From: an uncultured Demequinaceae bacterium
GTDB taxonomy: Bacteria; Actinomycetota; Actinomycetes; Actinomycetales; Demequinaceae
NCBI GenBank assembly: GCA_964610155.1
Contig: CAZSUY010000007.1
Coordinates: 15,376 to 79,375 of the forward strand
Length of the DNA stretch: 64,000 nucleotides
Direction of reading: 5' to 3'
A program made the translations under genes and the position numbers. A model generated the notes under the pieces. That model searched no databases and had not been told where the DNA came from. It worked only from the letters and a program-made list of their open reading frames with translations. Below are positions 30,901-41,627 of the stretch, one piece after another. Each line of letters starts with the position of its first letter. Position 1 is the stretch's first letter.

Positions 30901-32469
30901 CTCCTCCCTAATGGCGTCGAGGGGAGGGTTGGTCACCTGGGCAAAGACCTGAGTGAAGTAGTCGAAGAGCATCCTTGGGTGGGTGGAGAGCACGGCAGGA
31001 GGGGTGTCATTCCCCATGGCACCCAAGGGCTCTTTCCCATGGAGGGCCATGGGGGTGAGGAGAACCTTCAGCTCCTCCTCGGTGTATCCGAACACCCGTT
31101 GGCGGCGGACGATCGATTGGCTCGAGTATGTGACATGCTCCCGCTCGGGGAGCTCGGAGAGCTTCTGGGTGTGCTCGTCAAGCCACTTCTGATACGGGTT
31201 CTCCGCCGCTAGGGAGGACTTGATCTCCTCATCCTCCACGATTCGTCCATGCGCCGTATCCACCAGAAACATCCGTCCCGGTCGAAGGCGTCCCTTCCGG
31301 ATGATGGTGGCCTGATCGATGTCGAGGATGCCGGCCTCGGATCCGGCTATTACCAGACCATCTGCCGTCACCCAGAACCGTCCTGGCCGAAGCCCGTTGC
31401 GATCGAGAACGGCTCCCACGAGCGTGCCGTCTGAGAAGTGAAGCGCGGCTGGCCCATCCCACGGCTCCATGAGGGAGCCGTGGTACTCGTAGAATGCCCG
31501 CCGGGCCGGATCCATGTCGCGCGAGTTCTGCCACGCCTCAGGGATCATCATAAGGATCGCATGAGGAAGACTCCGGCCCCCGAGGTGGAGCAGCTCGACA
31601 ACCTCGTCGAAGTTGGCCGTGTCCGAGCCTGTGGTGGAACAAATGGGAACCAGATCCTTTATGTCGCCTAGGAGGGGGGAGGAGAGCAGGCCCTCCCGCG
31701 CCGACATCCAGCTGCGGTTCCCCCGGATCGTATTGATCTCGCCGTTATGGGCGATCAACCGGAGTGGCTGCGCCAGCCTCCACGACGGGAAGGTGTTCGT
31801 GGAGAATCTCGAATGAACGAGGGCAATCTCTGAGAGGTAGTCCGGGTCGAGAAGGTCGGGGAAGAACTTCTCAAGTTGGCAGGTGGCCAGCATTCCCTTG
31901 TAGCTCAGGGTCCTCGAGGATAGGGAGGCGAAGAAGACGTCTGCCTCGTGCTCGGCACGGCGCCGAACGCGATACACCTTTCGGTCGAGGTCTATCCCCG
32001 ATAGACCTTCAGCGCCTAGGAAGACCATCCGAAATTCCGGCATGCTCTCGCGGGACGACGGCCCGATCGGGGCGGGATCTGCGGGGACATCGCGCCAAGC
32101 GAGGACATCAACCCCCTCCACCTTTGCCGCCTTCTCAACGGCGGCTACCTGGGTTTCGGCTTCGCCGGGCACCAGAAAGGCGATGCCGACGGCATACGAA
32201 CCGACTGGCGGAAGTTCGACCTTGACGACCTTCCTGAGGAAGGCATCGGGGATCTGCGTGAGAATCCCGGCACCGTCTCCGGTCTCTTTTTCGGCTCCGA
32301 CCGCACCTCGATGCTCAAGGTTCTTGAGGGCAGAAAGGCCGGCTTCGACGATGTCTCTGCGGGGGGCTCCCCGAAGGGTGGCGACAAAGGCGACCCCACA
32401 TGAGTCGTGCTCGAACGCGGAGTTGTAGAGCCCGGTTTCGGGTTTCTCCAAGCCACCTCTAGCGGGCAT
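27934..32469 (-). CDS. gltB: glutamate synthase large subunit
   Basis: Ntn-amidotransferase start region ...[10 protein letters not shown], an FMN/3Fe-4S central domain and a C-terminal GXGXG domain. ATG 32469 ([15 protein letters not shown]) was chosen; the 59-codon extension in the track would run into lgt. Confidence 0.95.
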   Translation of the reverse strand: MPARGGLEKPETGLYNSAFEHDSCGVAFVATLRGAPRRDIVEAGLSALKNLEHRGAVGAEKETGDGAGILTQIPDAFLRKVVKVELPPVGSYAVGIAFLVPGEAETQVAAVEKAAKVEGVDVLAWRDVPADPAPIGPSSRESMPEFRMVFLGAEGLSGIDLDRKVYRVRRRAEHEADVFFASLSSRTLSYKGMLATCQLEKFFPDLLDPDYLSEIALVHSRFSTNTFPSWRLAQPLRLIAHNGEINTIRGNRSWMSAREGLLSSPLLGDIKDLVPICSTTGSDTANFDEVVELLHLGGRSLPHAILMMIPEAWQNSRDMDPARRAFYEYHGSLMEPWDGPAALHFSDGTLVGAVLDRNGLRPGRFWVTADGLVIAGSEAGILDIDQATIIRKGRLRPGRMFLVDTAHGRIVEDEEIKSSLAAENPYQKWLDEHTQKLSELPEREHVTYSSQSIVRRQRVFGYTEEELKVLLTPMALHGKEPLGAMGNDTPPAVLSTHPRMLFDYFTQVFAQVTNPPLDAIREEIVTSMRCAVGPELNLLEPNPCHARKLVLDFPVLNNDEFAKIVHIEDLTQLGALFRSRLVSGLYPIREGGKGMESRLEEILAECDTAIEGGINILVLSDRDSDPDRAPIPSLLLTSAVHQHLVRSHTRTRVSLVVEAGDIREPHHVALHLGFGAAAVNPYLAMETVEEMATRGLLGDLTPENAQRNLVRALGDGVLEIMSKMGISTLTSYRGAQTFEATGLSRELIDKHFTGTPSQIDGVGLNIIAEEIASRHLDAFPPSGRILPHRRLKIGGDYQWRREGEHHLFDPETVFKLQHSTRTRQYSFFKEYSDRIDNQAKRLMTLRGLFEFASGREPIPLEEVEPVCEIVKRFGTGAMSFGSISEEAHTTLAIAMNRLGGRSNTGEGGEKPSRLYDPERRSAVKQVASGRFGVTSEYLANADDIQIKMAQGAKPGEGGHLPGEKVYPWIAETRLSTPGVGLISPPPHHDIYSIEDLKQLIHDLKNANPKARIHVKLVSEVGIGTVAAGVSKCKADVVLISGWDGGTGASPITSPKRVGTPWEIGLAGVQQTLVMNRLRDRIVVQVDGQLKTGRDVVIAALLGAEEFGFATAPLVVSGCIMMRVCHKDTCPVGVATQNPELRARFSGKPEYVETFFEYIARQVREHLAQLGFRSLDEAIGHVEVLDTRVAIDHWKAKGLDLSSVLATPPDGVALRQLVPQDHELGKTLDRSLIRAAKPALERGEPVTIHRKVRNVNRTIGTMLGYEVTKRYRSEGLPDDTITVELTGCAGQSFGAFVPKGITLRLFGEANDYVAKGLSGGRVIVRPAREASLDDSRDVIAGNVIGYGATGGEIFLRGQVGERFLVRNSGATAVVEGVGDHALEYMTGGTSVIMGHVGRNLGAGMSGGTGYVLDLRSERVNADALEKGELMLRPLDAEDEAIVRALLEQHVKETESPCARDLLANWGKAKARFTRVLPAQYARVRKVLAELEASGGDLGAPGAWGEFLEATRG

Positions 32470-32581
32470 CTCACCGTCCTTCAACCATGCCGAAGTGCAC
32501 AGATGCAATATGCGTATCGTGGGCGTCTTCGTCCCGGATAGTGCGGGGACCTTCAGCGTATCTCGATTGAAACAGGTCGCC

Positions 32582-33466
32582 CTATTTCTTGGAAGCAACC
32601 ACCTTGTTATTAGGCTCCCCTGAGCGACTGCGGGCGGGGGCGTCATTGATCATCTCACCGGATTGTTTCCGTCTCGTTAAGACAAACATCGCAATCCCCA
32701 TTGCCAAGACCAGGATCGACACCCAGACGTTGATCCTGACCCCAAAGACGTGAACCGCCTCGTCGATCCGCAACATCTCGATCCACAGCCGCCCGGCGGT
32801 ATACACGATGACGTACAGCCAAAACACCCGACCGAATCTCAGCCGGAGCCGTCGATCGAGGACGATAATCATGGCGGCACCAGCCAGGTTCCAGATCATC
32901 TCGTAGAGAAACGTCGGGTGGAAAAGTGTGCCTGGTGGGTACTGGCCAGCCAACGCCGATTGTAAGGGCTCGATCTCGAGGCCCCATGGAAGGGTGGTCG
33001 AACCGCCAAAGAGCTCCTGGTTGAAGTAGTTTCCAATCCTTCCGATCGCCTGGGCGATGATAAGCCCGGGTGCGGCGGCATCCATGAACGCCGAAAAGGA
33101 GACCTTCTGCCTACGGGCCCCAATCCACGCGCCAAGGGCCCCGAGGGCAACGGCCCCCCAGATCCCCAGGCCCCCTTGCCGGACATTGAAGGCCTCGATC
33201 GGATGGCCTCCGGCCCCGAAGTACGGTCCGGGGGTCGAAACCACGTGGTAGAGGCGCCCCCCGATGATCCCGAAGGGCACGGCCCATAGGGCGATCTCTT
33301 CGATGGCGACTGGATCGCCTCCTCGAGCCACCCACCGACGACGAGTGAGCCATAGGCCGACGAAGATGCCCACAAGTATCACAAGCGCATAGACATAGAT
33401 CTGTAGGGGTCCCAGATGAATGACGGACCAGTCAAGAGGAGGGCTGGGGATGCTTGTATTGATCAC
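32582..33466 (-). CDS. lgt: prolipoprotein diacylglyceryl transferase
   Basis: 294 aa, polytopic, with the [13 protein letters not shown] motif. It follows trpA, as in other actinobacteria. Confidence 0.9.
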   Translation of the reverse strand: MINTSIPSPPLDWSVIHLGPLQIYVYALVILVGIFVGLWLTRRRWVARGGDPVAIEEIALWAVPFGIIGGRLYHVVSTPGPYFGAGGHPIEAFNVRQGGLGIWGAVALGALGAWIGARRQKVSFSAFMDAAAPGLIIAQAIGRIGNYFNQELFGGSTTLPWGLEIEPLQSALAGQYPPGTLFHPTFLYEMIWNLAGAAMIIVLDRRLRLRFGRVFWLYVIVYTAGRLWIEMLRIDEAVHVFGVRINVWVSILVLAMGIAMFVLTRRKQSGEMINDAPARSRSGEPNNKVVASKK

Positions 33467-34263
33467 GCGGGTTTCTCCACTCCGTGAGCGATCTCGGCCA
33501 CCTTGACTCGAAGGCTCTTCAGCCCGTCTTCAAGGGTAGGCGCCTCCGCAATGGCTCGGACAAAGGCGCTTCCCACGATAACGCCATCGGCGTACCGAGC
33601 CACCTCGGCGGCTTGAGCACCAGTGGACACTCCGAGGCCGACACATACAAAATCAGCCCCCGCCTCCTTGGTCCTTTCGACAAGTTTCTCCGCCTGCTTC
33701 CCTACCGAGGACCTCTCCCCTGTCACCCCCATACGTGACGTCACATAGACGAACCCCGTCGTCGCCTCTACGGTCATGCGGAGCCTCTCTGGAGTTGAAC
33801 TCGGAGCCACCAGGAAAACGCAATCGAGTCCCTTTTCGGCCGCGGCCCGGCGCCATTCCTCGCCGACATCGGGGGTGAGATCGGGCGTGATCACACCTGC
33901 ACCCCCCGCTTCTGCGAGATCCACGGCGAATCGTTCGAGCCCGTACTGAAGCATGGGATTGTAGTACGACATTATGACGGGCACGGCACCCGATTCGGCA
34001 ACGGCCCGAACCGCGACAAAGGCATCGGAGACGCGGACCCCTCCCCTGAGGGCGGATTCTCCTGCATGTTCGATGATCGGGCCGTCGAGAACAGGGTCAG
34101 AGTAGGGAATCCCGACCTCAACGATGTCCGCCCCGGCTTCCACCATGGTCCTCATCGCGGCTATGGAACCCTCCACGGAGGGGAATCCGACGGGAAGGTA
34201 GGCAAGGAGGGCGGACTTTCCCTCAGCTCGCGCCCGACCCAGGCAATCCGAAAGGGCGCTCAC
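33463..34263 (-). CDS. trpA: tryptophan synthase alpha chain
   Basis: Motifs [11 protein letters not shown]...[18 protein letters not shown] 34263 gives a GTGA overlap with the trpB stop. The track start at 34293 is the alternative. Confidence 0.9.
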   Translation of the reverse strand: MSALSDCLGRARAEGKSALLAYLPVGFPSVEGSIAAMRTMVEAGADIVEVGIPYSDPVLDGPIIEHAGESALRGGVRVSDAFVAVRAVAESGAVPVIMSYYNPMLQYGLERFAVDLAEAGGAGVITPDLTPDVGEEWRRAAAEKGLDCVFLVAPSSTPERLRMTVEATTGFVYVTSRMGVTGERSSVGKQAEKLVERTKEAGADFVCVGLGVSTGAQAAEVARYADGVIVGSAFVRAIAEAPTLEDGLKSLRVKVAEIAHGVEKPA

Positions 34264-35465
34264 TCCGCCTCCTCCGTAAGCAGGTTGAACCACCGCGCGG
34301 CCGTCTCGACATCCTTGTCTCCCCTACCCGAGAGATTGACGAGAATCGTAGCCTTTGGCCCCATCTCTAGGCCCAACTTCATTACCCCCGCGAGAGCATG
34401 AGCCGACTCGATCGCTGGGATGATGCCCTCGGTTCGGCTGAGTAGGCTGAACGCATCCATCGCTTCGGCGTCTGTGATCGGCCAGTATTCCGCCCGACCA
34501 ATCGCGGCCAGCCAGGAATGCTGTGGGCCGACGCCCGGGTAGTCCAAGCCAGCGGAAATCGAGTGAGAGGTCAGCGTCTGTCCGTCCTCGTCCTGTAGGA
34601 GGAAGGAATGGGAGCCGTGCAGGATCCCAGGCCTCCCCCCAATGAGCGCCGACGCGTGACGCCCGGTCTCGATGCCGTCCCCAGCCGCCTCGCATCCTAT
34701 GAGCCTCACGTCGTCATCAAGGAAGGCATCGAAAATCCCGATTGCGTTCGAGCCTCCGCCGACGCAGGCGACTATGGCATCGGGAAGGCCCCCAAGGGCG
34801 AGCATCTGAGCCCGCGCCTCCACCCCGATGACCCGCTGGAAGTCCCGAACCATTGCCGGGAACGGGTGGGGACCGGCTGCCGTGCCGAAGATGTAGTTGG
34901 TGGTCTCGACGTTCGTGACCCAGTCACGATAGGCCTCGTTGATGGCGTCCTTGAGCGTGCGAGAACCGGACATGACCGTGACGACGGTCGCCCCTAGCAG
35001 TTGCATCCTGGCGACGTTGAGGGCCTGTCGATGGGTGTCCTCCTCCCCCATATAGACCACGCACTCGAGGTCCATCAGGGCTGCGGCCGTCGCAGTGGCC
35101 ACACCGTGCTGTCCCGCTCCGGTCTCCGCGATCACACGCGTCTTTCCGATGCGTTTGGTCAGGAGCGCCTGGCCGAGCACATTGTTGATCTTGTGGGAGC
35201 CGGTGTGGTTGAGGTCTTCTCGTTTGAGGAAGATCCGCGCGTCCCCGGCGTGGCGAGCGAACCGAGGGACCCTCGTCAGGATGCTCGGGCGCCCGGAGTA
35301 TTCAACCGCGAGTCGCTCAAGTTCCTCGTTGAAGGCCGGATCGACGCGCGCCTTTTCGTAGGCGTCCGACAGTTCATCGAGGGCCGCCTGGAGGGCTTCA
35401 GGGACGAATCGTCCGCCAAAAACGCCAAAATACGGACCGGGGCGAGCCGCAAGCGAATCCGTCAC
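34260..35465 (-). CDS. trpB: tryptophan synthase beta chain
   Basis: 401 aa with PLP-lysine region [16 protein letters not shown] and GGGSNAIG. Confidence 0.95.
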   Translation of the reverse strand: MTDSLAARPGPYFGVFGGRFVPEALQAALDELSDAYEKARVDPAFNEELERLAVEYSGRPSILTRVPRFARHAGDARIFLKREDLNHTGSHKINNVLGQALLTKRIGKTRVIAETGAGQHGVATATAAALMDLECVVYMGEEDTHRQALNVARMQLLGATVVTVMSGSRTLKDAINEAYRDWVTNVETTNYIFGTAAGPHPFPAMVRDFQRVIGVEARAQMLALGGLPDAIVACVGGGSNAIGIFDAFLDDDVRLIGCEAAGDGIETGRHASALIGGRPGILHGSHSFLLQDEDGQTLTSHSISAGLDYPGVGPQHSWLAAIGRAEYWPITDAEAMDAFSLLSRTEGIIPAIESAHALAGVMKLGLEMGPKATILVNLSGRGDKDVETAARWFNLLTEEAE

Positions 35466-36271
35466 GGGCGAACCGCCCGCAAGGCGGGATGAGCACCTGC
35501 CGCCACCATCTCGGCAACGGCTGTCCGGGGATCGCGGTCCTTGACCAGGGCCTCACCCACGAGGACGGCATCGGCTCCCAATCGCGCATACTCAACTACG
35601 TCGTGGCCGTCACGAATTCCCGATTCCGCTACCTTGACTATGCCGTCAGGGATGATTGGGGCTACCCGCGCGAAGGTGGCCCGATCGACCTCGAGGTTTT
35701 TGAGGTTGCGTGCATTGATCCCGATGATTAGGGCCCCTGCCTCAACGGCCCGTGAAACCTCGTCGGGCTCGTGCACCTCCACAAGCGCGGTCATCCCTAG
35801 CGATTTCACCCGCTCGATGAGCGATTCAAGTGCCATCTGCTCCAATGCCGCCACGATCAGCAGAACCATGTCGGCACCATGTGCGCGAGCCTCCCAGACC
35901 TGGTACGGGGTCACGATGAAGTCCTTGCGAAGGATCGGGATATCAACCTTGGCCTTAACGGTATCGAGGTCGGAGAGGTCTCCGCCAAACCTCCGCCCCT
36001 CGGTCAGGACCGAGATAACGGATGCTCCTCCGGCCTCATACTCGGTGGCAAGAGCGGCCGGATCCGTGATGTCCGCTATGTCACCCTTCGATGGACTCGA
36101 GCGCTTAACCTCGGCTATCACTGCCACTTCCTTGCACCTCAAGGTCCGGAGGGCGTCCTTGGCCTCTGGCTGCCGGGATGCCCTCTCTTTTAGCGCATCC
36201 ATCGGCGTGTCCCGTTGGCGGACCTTGAGGTCCTCCAGTACACCAGCGATGATCCCATCGAGGACGCTCAT
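35462..36271 (-). CDS. trpC: indole-3-glycerol phosphate synthase
   Basis: Starts [15 protein letters not shown], with motifs [13 protein letters not shown] and ISVLTE. It has a 4-nt overlap with trpB. Confidence 0.9.
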   Translation of the reverse strand: MSVLDGIIAGVLEDLKVRQRDTPMDALKERASRQPEAKDALRTLRCKEVAVIAEVKRSSPSKGDIADITDPAALATEYEAGGASVISVLTEGRRFGGDLSDLDTVKAKVDIPILRKDFIVTPYQVWEARAHGADMVLLIVAALEQMALESLIERVKSLGMTALVEVHEPDEVSRAVEAGALIIGINARNLKNLEVDRATFARVAPIIPDGIVKVAESGIRDGHDVVEYARLGADAVLVGEALVKDRDPRTAVAEMVAAGAHPALRAVRP

Positions 36272-36366
36272 GAACCAGTCGCTCCCATTCCTCCATGGTA
36301 GCCGCCGACAGGAAGCCCTCTTCACCGGGCCAATCCTCGGGGACTACCCCATCACGCCCCTCGAAC

Positions 36367-37920
36367 TTAGCGAGCGGATTCCACCTGATGCAGATGAGAG
36401 GCGACAGAGACGGCCCGCATGAGGGCAGCCGCCTTATCCCGAGTCTCCTTGGCCTCGCTATCGGGAATCGAATCGGCCACGATCCCCGCACCGGCCTGTA
36501 TGTGAGCCGTACCCCCAACGATGAGTGCCGTGCGAATAGCGATCGCTGTGTCCATGTTTCCCGCGAAATCGAAATAGCCTACCGCCCCCCCGTAGAGACC
36601 CCGTCGGGCAGGCTCAACCTCATCGATGAGAGCGATGGCCCTTGGTTTCGGTGCGCCGGAGAGGGTCCCGGCAGGGAAGGTGGCCGTGAAGGCATCCACT
36701 GCCCCGTACCGATCCTCCAGCGTCCCGATGACCGTCGAGCAGATATGCATTATGTGGCTATAGCGGTTGACAGCCATGAAGTCCAACACCTCAACGGAGG
36801 TCGGGTCGCAGACCTTGGAGAGGTCGTTTCGAGCGAGGTCGACGAGCATGACGTGCTCCGCCCTCTCCTTCGGATCCGAAAGAAGCTCCTGCTGAAGGGC
36901 TGCGTCCTCCTCCGGGGAGGCCCCACGAGGCCTAGACCCCGCGATGGGGAAGGTGAGAACCTTCCGCTCCTTCACCGAGACCATCGACTCTGGGCTCGCC
37001 CCGACAACGGCGAAGTCCCGGCCCTCCGCGTCCCGAAGCTGGAAGTAGTACATGTACGGACTCGGGTTAAGGGTTCGAAGCACACGATAGACATCGAAAG
37101 GTGAGGCCGTGCATTCCACGTCGAATCTCTGGGACGGAACTACCTGGAAAACCTCGCCGTCCCTGATCGCCTCCTTGCAGACATCGACGACTCGCTCGTA
37201 CTCCCCCTCCGGGGTTCGGTTGACGATCCTCGGTTCGGACTCCGCCGCCTTCAGGACGGATACCTCCGCCCCCGTAGCGGACTCAAGTTCTGCCTCCATG
37301 GCGTCAAGGCGCGCGATCGCATCGGCATACGCCGCCTCGATCCCGGTCTCCCTCGCATCCGCATTCACGGCATTGGCGATGAGCCAAACACTCCCGTCGT
37401 GGTGGTCGATGGCGGCAAGGTCTGTCGCGAAAAGGAGAAGGACATCTGGCACTTCGAGTTCTCGAGGAGCATCCGCGGGGAGCGTCGGTTCCCACTCGTG
37501 GATGATGTCCCACCCGAGCACCCCGACCAACCCTCCGGTGAGCGGGGGAAGGCCCGGTATTGCCTCCGATCTCATCTCGGACAGGGCCTCACGGATCGCT
37601 CCGAGAGGAGGACCATCATGAAGGCCGACGGGAACGTCACCCGTCCACTTTCCGTAAAGACCTGTCGCCGTCAACTGGGTACGGGAACGGATCCCAACGA
37701 ACGAGAAGCGCGCCCTAGCCCCATCCGGTTCGACAGACTCGAGGATGAAGGTTCCTGGACGTTCTGCCGCGAGTGCTCGATACACGGCGACCGGCGTGAC
37801 CCCGTCGGCCAGAAGCCTTCTGGCGACCGGCACCACCCGGTGTGTTGTCCCCAAGGCCACGAACCCCTCAAGAGTCGGCCAGGTACTCCCCCACTCAAGG
37901 GTCACGGAAGCGTCAGACAT
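36367..37920 (-). CDS. trpE: anthranilate synthase component I
   Basis: 517 aa with chorismate-binding C-terminal motifs (GAPKPRA..., GGAVGYFDFAGNMDTAIAIRT). Its start overlaps the hisI stop by 8 nt. Confidence 0.95.
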   Translation of the reverse strand: MSDASVTLEWGSTWPTLEGFVALGTTHRVVPVARRLLADGVTPVAVYRALAAERPGTFILESVEPDGARARFSFVGIRSRTQLTATGLYGKWTGDVPVGLHDGPPLGAIREALSEMRSEAIPGLPPLTGGLVGVLGWDIIHEWEPTLPADAPRELEVPDVLLLFATDLAAIDHHDGSVWLIANAVNADARETGIEAAYADAIARLDAMEAELESATGAEVSVLKAAESEPRIVNRTPEGEYERVVDVCKEAIRDGEVFQVVPSQRFDVECTASPFDVYRVLRTLNPSPYMYYFQLRDAEGRDFAVVGASPESMVSVKERKVLTFPIAGSRPRGASPEEDAALQQELLSDPKERAEHVMLVDLARNDLSKVCDPTSVEVLDFMAVNRYSHIMHICSTVIGTLEDRYGAVDAFTATFPAGTLSGAPKPRAIALIDEVEPARRGLYGGAVGYFDFAGNMDTAIAIRTALIVGGTAHIQAGAGIVADSIPDSEAKETRDKAAALMRAVSVASHLHQVESAR

Positions 37921-38287
37921 CCGCGATTTGCTTCTCGGTGCTCACGACGGCGCCCAAGTCCCCTCCGACTTCGAAGCAGGTCCGCGCCCCCGTGTGACAG
38001 GCCAGCCCTACCTGGTCCACCTGGACCAGCACGGCGTCGGCGTCGCAGTCGAGCTTGATCGATTTCACCCACTGGGCGTGACCGGAGGTGTCACCCTTCC
38101 TCCACAGCGATTGTCGACTCCTGCTCCAAAACACCACCCGACCCTCACGGAGGGTCAGATCGAGGGACTCGTCATTCATCCACCCGACCATCAGCACTTC
38201 CTTGGTGTCGTACTGCTGAATGACGGCGCAGATGAGGCCGTTGGCGTCGCGTTTTAAACGGGAGGCGATTGCGGGGTCGAGGGCCAT
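37913..38287 (-). CDS. hisI: phosphoribosyl-AMP cyclohydrolase
   Basis: 124 aa, ...LMVGWMNDESL...WSRSRQSLWRKGDTSGH...DCDADAVL...ACHTG. This is the stand-alone HisI form. Confidence 0.9.
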   Translation of the reverse strand: MALDPAIASRLKRDANGLICAVIQQYDTKEVLMVGWMNDESLDLTLREGRVVFWSRSRQSLWRKGDTSGHAQWVKSIKLDCDADAVLVQVDQVGLACHTGARTCFEVGGDLGAVVSTEKQIADV

Positions 38288-38332
38288 GCCCCCATCCTTC
38301 CACGAACGATGCAGTATTCGGTTCGCAACGCC

Positions 38333-39103
38333 TCACCTAACAGGGAGGCCCGCGTCCCGCATCGCCGTCTTAACCTCATCGATGCGTAGCGCCCCAAAAT
38401 GAAACACGCTCGCGGCCAGCACGGCATCGGCACCGGCGCGAACCGCCTCGACAAAGTGTGTGGTCGTTCCCGCCCCCCCCGATGCGATGAGGGGGATTGA
38501 TATGATTTGACGGACCGCATCGATCATGACGAGGTCGAACCCTCCTGTCGTGCCATCCGCGTCCATGGAGTTGAGCAGGATCTCGCCAGCGCCCAGTTCC
38601 TGCCCGCGTTCTGCCCATTCGATCGCATCGATTCCGGTCCCCCGCCGGCCCCCATGCGTAGTCACCTCCATCCCGGAGGGCGTGGTAGTGCCCTTCCTGC
38701 AACGCCGGGCATCGAGTGAAAGGACAAGAACCTGGCTACCGAAGCGTTCCGCGATCTCGCTGATGAGCTCTGGGCGCCCTATCGCTGCGGTATTGACCCC
38801 CACCTTGTCCGCACCTGCTCGAAGCAGGGTATCGACATCTCCAACGGATCGAACCCCTCCCCCGACGGTGAGTGGCACGAAGACCTGCTCGGCCGTGCGG
38901 CGGACCACCTCGTAGGTCGTCTCCCTCCCCGCCGAGGAGGCCGATACATCGAGGAACGTCAGTTCGTCCGCCCCGGCATCACCATAGCGATGGGCAAGTT
39001 CGACGGGATCTCCGGCATCGCGAAGGTTTTCAAAATTCACCCCTTTGACGACCCGTCCAGCATCGACATCGAGACAAGGAATGACGCGAACCGCGACGCC
39101 CAC
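38333..39103 (-). CDS. hisF: imidazole glycerol phosphate synthase cyclase subunit
   Basis: 256 aa, [19 protein letters not shown]...[11 protein letters not shown]...ASGGAG. Confidence 0.95.
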   Translation of the reverse strand: MGVAVRVIPCLDVDAGRVVKGVNFENLRDAGDPVELAHRYGDAGADELTFLDVSASSAGRETTYEVVRRTAEQVFVPLTVGGGVRSVGDVDTLLRAGADKVGVNTAAIGRPELISEIAERFGSQVLVLSLDARRCRKGTTTPSGMEVTTHGGRRGTGIDAIEWAERGQELGAGEILLNSMDADGTTGGFDLVMIDAVRQIISIPLIASGGAGTTTHFVEAVRAGADAVLAASVFHFGALRIDEVKTAMRDAGLPVR

Positions 39104-39106
39104 CTG

Positions 39107-39970
39107 CTACTCCGGAGTCCACACGGCGAGGATGTCCACGACAAAAACGAGGGTGTCCTCTCCGTAGGCAAGATCGGGCGGAATCACCAGCAGCACCTGC
39201 GAGCCCTCGGTTCGATCTATCAAACCCTGATCCCATCCAGCGGGCAATTGTCCAATCCCGACCTGGGCATTCATGGGGCCCTCTCCATCATCCCAACTCG
39301 ACTCAAAGACCTCCCCCGTGTCGAACGCGACCCCCAGGTAATTGACCTTGATGAGAGAACCGTCTTGAATCTGCCCTCCTGGTCCCTGGATGCGGGTCGC
39401 GACCTCGAGTTCGGTCGGTTCGACAACATCCGGACCGATAATGATGCTCGGCTTTCCGTCCGATTCGAGGCGGACGGTGGGGAAGCCATCGTGGCTCGGG
39501 AGGACCTCCCCTGTGGCCTTCGCGGGAAGCACATCGACCACGAGCGCCACGGCACCCTGACCCTCGTATCCCTCGACGGGCGGGGAGATATGAAGGATCC
39601 GCGATCCGACCCGCTCTCTGACGAGGATGTCGTAGAGTTCCTGACCAACGAGCTCGGGCACAAGAAGGTAGGCGTTCGGCAGGTCGGTGTAGGTGTCTGT
39701 CAGGACAGCGCCCGTATCCAGGCTGACCGCATACATGTCGAGGAGGATCCGGCCTCCGGGACTCAGGCGGTCGCCTGTGCCCGACCATAGCACCCTGGTC
39801 TGAACCCTGGAGTATTCAAGGTCCTCGGGATACTCAAGGGTTGGCGCACCGACCTCATCCGCTCCCACGACGATGTCATGGATGCTCCCGGCGTTGGGAT
39901 CGGCGATGACGGCCGAGCACCCACTGAGGGCAAGGGCCAGGATAATCACAACCGCACCGATCCTGCGCAT
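39107..39970 (-). CDS. FKBP-type peptidyl-prolyl cis-trans isomerase lipoprotein
   Basis: Signal peptide plus canonical lipobox MRRIGAVVIILALALSGC, with a C-terminal FKBP domain (IKVNYLGVAFDTGEVFESSW...VIPPDLAYG). FKBP genes flank pafA in other actinobacteria as well. Confidence 0.85.
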   Translation of the reverse strand: MRRIGAVVIILALALSGCSAVIADPNAGSIHDIVVGADEVGAPTLEYPEDLEYSRVQTRVLWSGTGDRLSPGGRILLDMYAVSLDTGAVLTDTYTDLPNAYLLVPELVGQELYDILVRERVGSRILHISPPVEGYEGQGAVALVVDVLPAKATGEVLPSHDGFPTVRLESDGKPSIIIGPDVVEPTELEVATRIQGPGGQIQDGSLIKVNYLGVAFDTGEVFESSWDDGEGPMNAQVGIGQLPAGWDQGLIDRTEGSQVLLVIPPDLAYGEDTLVFVVDILAVWTPE

Positions 39971-39993
39971 GGAATCCCTTCCGAGGCGAGTTT

Positions 39994-41418
39994 TCAGTCT
40001 ACCCGGGGCTCGCCTTCGCCCATCGATGCAATGAGATCATCGACTCGTGAATCCTCCGAACGGAAGGGATCCTTCAGAAGGATCGTTCCTCCCTCGTCGC
40101 CGATGACCTTGAGGCGCACCCAATCGGCGGCGATGTCACGATGGGAGCCTAGGCTGGCTCTCACGAATCGGCCGCGAAGCCTGGCACGGGTGGTCTGCGG
40201 GGGCTCGTCGATGGAGCGCACGATCAGGTCCTCCGTCACCACCGTGCGGACGAGTCCTTGGGCTACGAGCGAGGGATAGAGCCCCTTTCCGGGAGCGACG
40301 TCGTGGTAGGCGAGGTCTAGACGGGTGACACGGGGATCGTCGAGGCTTGCCCCCGATCGCGCCATGAAACGGTCGATGAGGCGGCGCTTGATCGCCCAGT
40401 CGAGTTCCGTCTCAACAGCAGAGAAATCGCCGGTCGCCACTGCATCGAGCCCGCGCCCCCAAAGGGACAGGATTTGCTCGACTTCTGGGGTCGCCTCGAC
40501 GACGGACCCCAACCGTGATGCAATTGCCTCGAGGTACTCCCTTTGAATCTCAATGGGAGTCAGTCGGCGACCATCCTCGAGGTTCACAAGGGTGGTGCCC
40601 GTGAGGTCGCGAGAGACCTCCCGGATCGCCTGCATAGGACGCGCGAGGGCAAGCGACGGAAAAGGCGCCCGTCCCTCAAGCAGGCGAAGAAGGAGGTCCA
40701 TGGCCCCGACCTTGACGAGGATGGTCGGCTCGGCCATCGAAGAGTCCCCGACGATAATGTGCATCCTGCGATAGAGGTCGGCGTGCGCATGGGGTTCGTC
40801 CCTGGTGTTGATCATCGGCCGCGATCTCGTGGTAGCGGACGACATCGCCTCCCATACGTGATCCGCCCGGGGAGAGAAGCAGTACTTGGCTGCGGGGCCG
40901 GAGCCGACCGCCCCGCCAGCTCCCACGACAATCTGCCGGGTCACGAGGAAGGGAAGGAGCGATCCGGCGAAGGAGGCAAAGTCGGGACGACGGCGAACGA
41001 GGTAGTTTTCGTGACACCCGTACGAGTTCCCAGCGGCGTCGACGTTGTTCTTGTATAGGTGGATCTCGCCCTCGATGCCGACTCCGGCAAGGCGCCCCTC
41101 CCCGTCTGCGACCAGGTTGGCCACGATCCGCTCCCCGGCCTTGTCCTGGGCAATGAGGTCCGTCAGGCTGTCACACTCGGCTGTCGCGTATTCGGGGTGC
41201 GCACCAACATCGATGTACAGCCTCGCCCCATTGGTCAGGAATACGTTGGAGGAACGGCCCCACTTGACAACCGAGTGGAAGAGGGCGCCCGCCACCTCCT
41301 CCGGCGTGACCTTTCGGTCGGACCGATGCACGAAGTGCAGCCCGAATTCGGTTTCAAGCCCAAAGATGCGTCGAGCGGGATCGACGGTCAGGGGCTCGGG
41401 AACCTCGATAGCGGGCAC
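39994..41418 (-). CDS. pafA: Pup--protein ligase
   Basis: 474 aa, RRIFGLETEFG...SSNVFLTNGARLYIDVGAHPEYATAEC...GNSYGCHENYL, matching PafA rather than Dop. Confidence 0.9.
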   Translation of the reverse strand: MPAIEVPEPLTVDPARRIFGLETEFGLHFVHRSDRKVTPEEVAGALFHSVVKWGRSSNVFLTNGARLYIDVGAHPEYATAECDSLTDLIAQDKAGERIVANLVADGEGRLAGVGIEGEIHLYKNNVDAAGNSYGCHENYLVRRRPDFASFAGSLLPFLVTRQIVVGAGGAVGSGPAAKYCFSPRADHVWEAMSSATTRSRPMINTRDEPHAHADLYRRMHIIVGDSSMAEPTILVKVGAMDLLLRLLEGRAPFPSLALARPMQAIREVSRDLTGTTLVNLEDGRRLTPIEIQREYLEAIASRLGSVVEATPEVEQILSLWGRGLDAVATGDFSAVETELDWAIKRRLIDRFMARSGASLDDPRVTRLDLAYHDVAPGKGLYPSLVAQGLVRTVVTEDLIVRSIDEPPQTTRARLRGRFVRASLGSHRDIAADWVRLKVIGDEGGTILLKDPFRSEDSRVDDLIASMGEGEPRVD

Positions 41419-41432
41419 GGTGGCGGACTGAC

Positions 41433-41618
41433 CTACTCGCCGCCCTTTTGGACGAAACTACGGACGAACTGCTCTGCGTTCTGCTGCAGGGTCACGTCGA
41501 TCTCGTCTAAAAGGGCATCCACCGCACTCGATTGCCCTTGAGGAGACCCCGAAGGAGGGGGTGCCGGGGCGTCATCGGCGTCATCGTATGGATGCTCGCT
41601 TGAAGAGACCTGAGGCAT
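41433..41618 (-). CDS. pup: prokaryotic ubiquitin-like protein Pup (C-terminal GGE)
   Basis: 61 aa with an acidic, disordered N-terminus, ending ...LDEIDVTLQQNAEQFVRSFVQKGGE. It lies between dop and pafA. Confidence 0.9.
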   Translation of the reverse strand: MPQVSSSEHPYDDADDAPAPPPSGSPQGQSSAVDALLDEIDVTLQQNAEQFVRSFVQKGGE

Positions 41619-41627
41619 GAGACGAGT

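Noticed and set aside
32558-32573. GTATC-TCGATT-GAAAC upstream of gltB, resembling a GlnR a-site/b-site pair (GTnAC-n6-GAAAC)
   Set aside because: It is a single half-box with a mismatch in the a-site, and no second repeat occurs at the expected 6-nt spacing. This is too weak to call without a matrix scan or comparative data.
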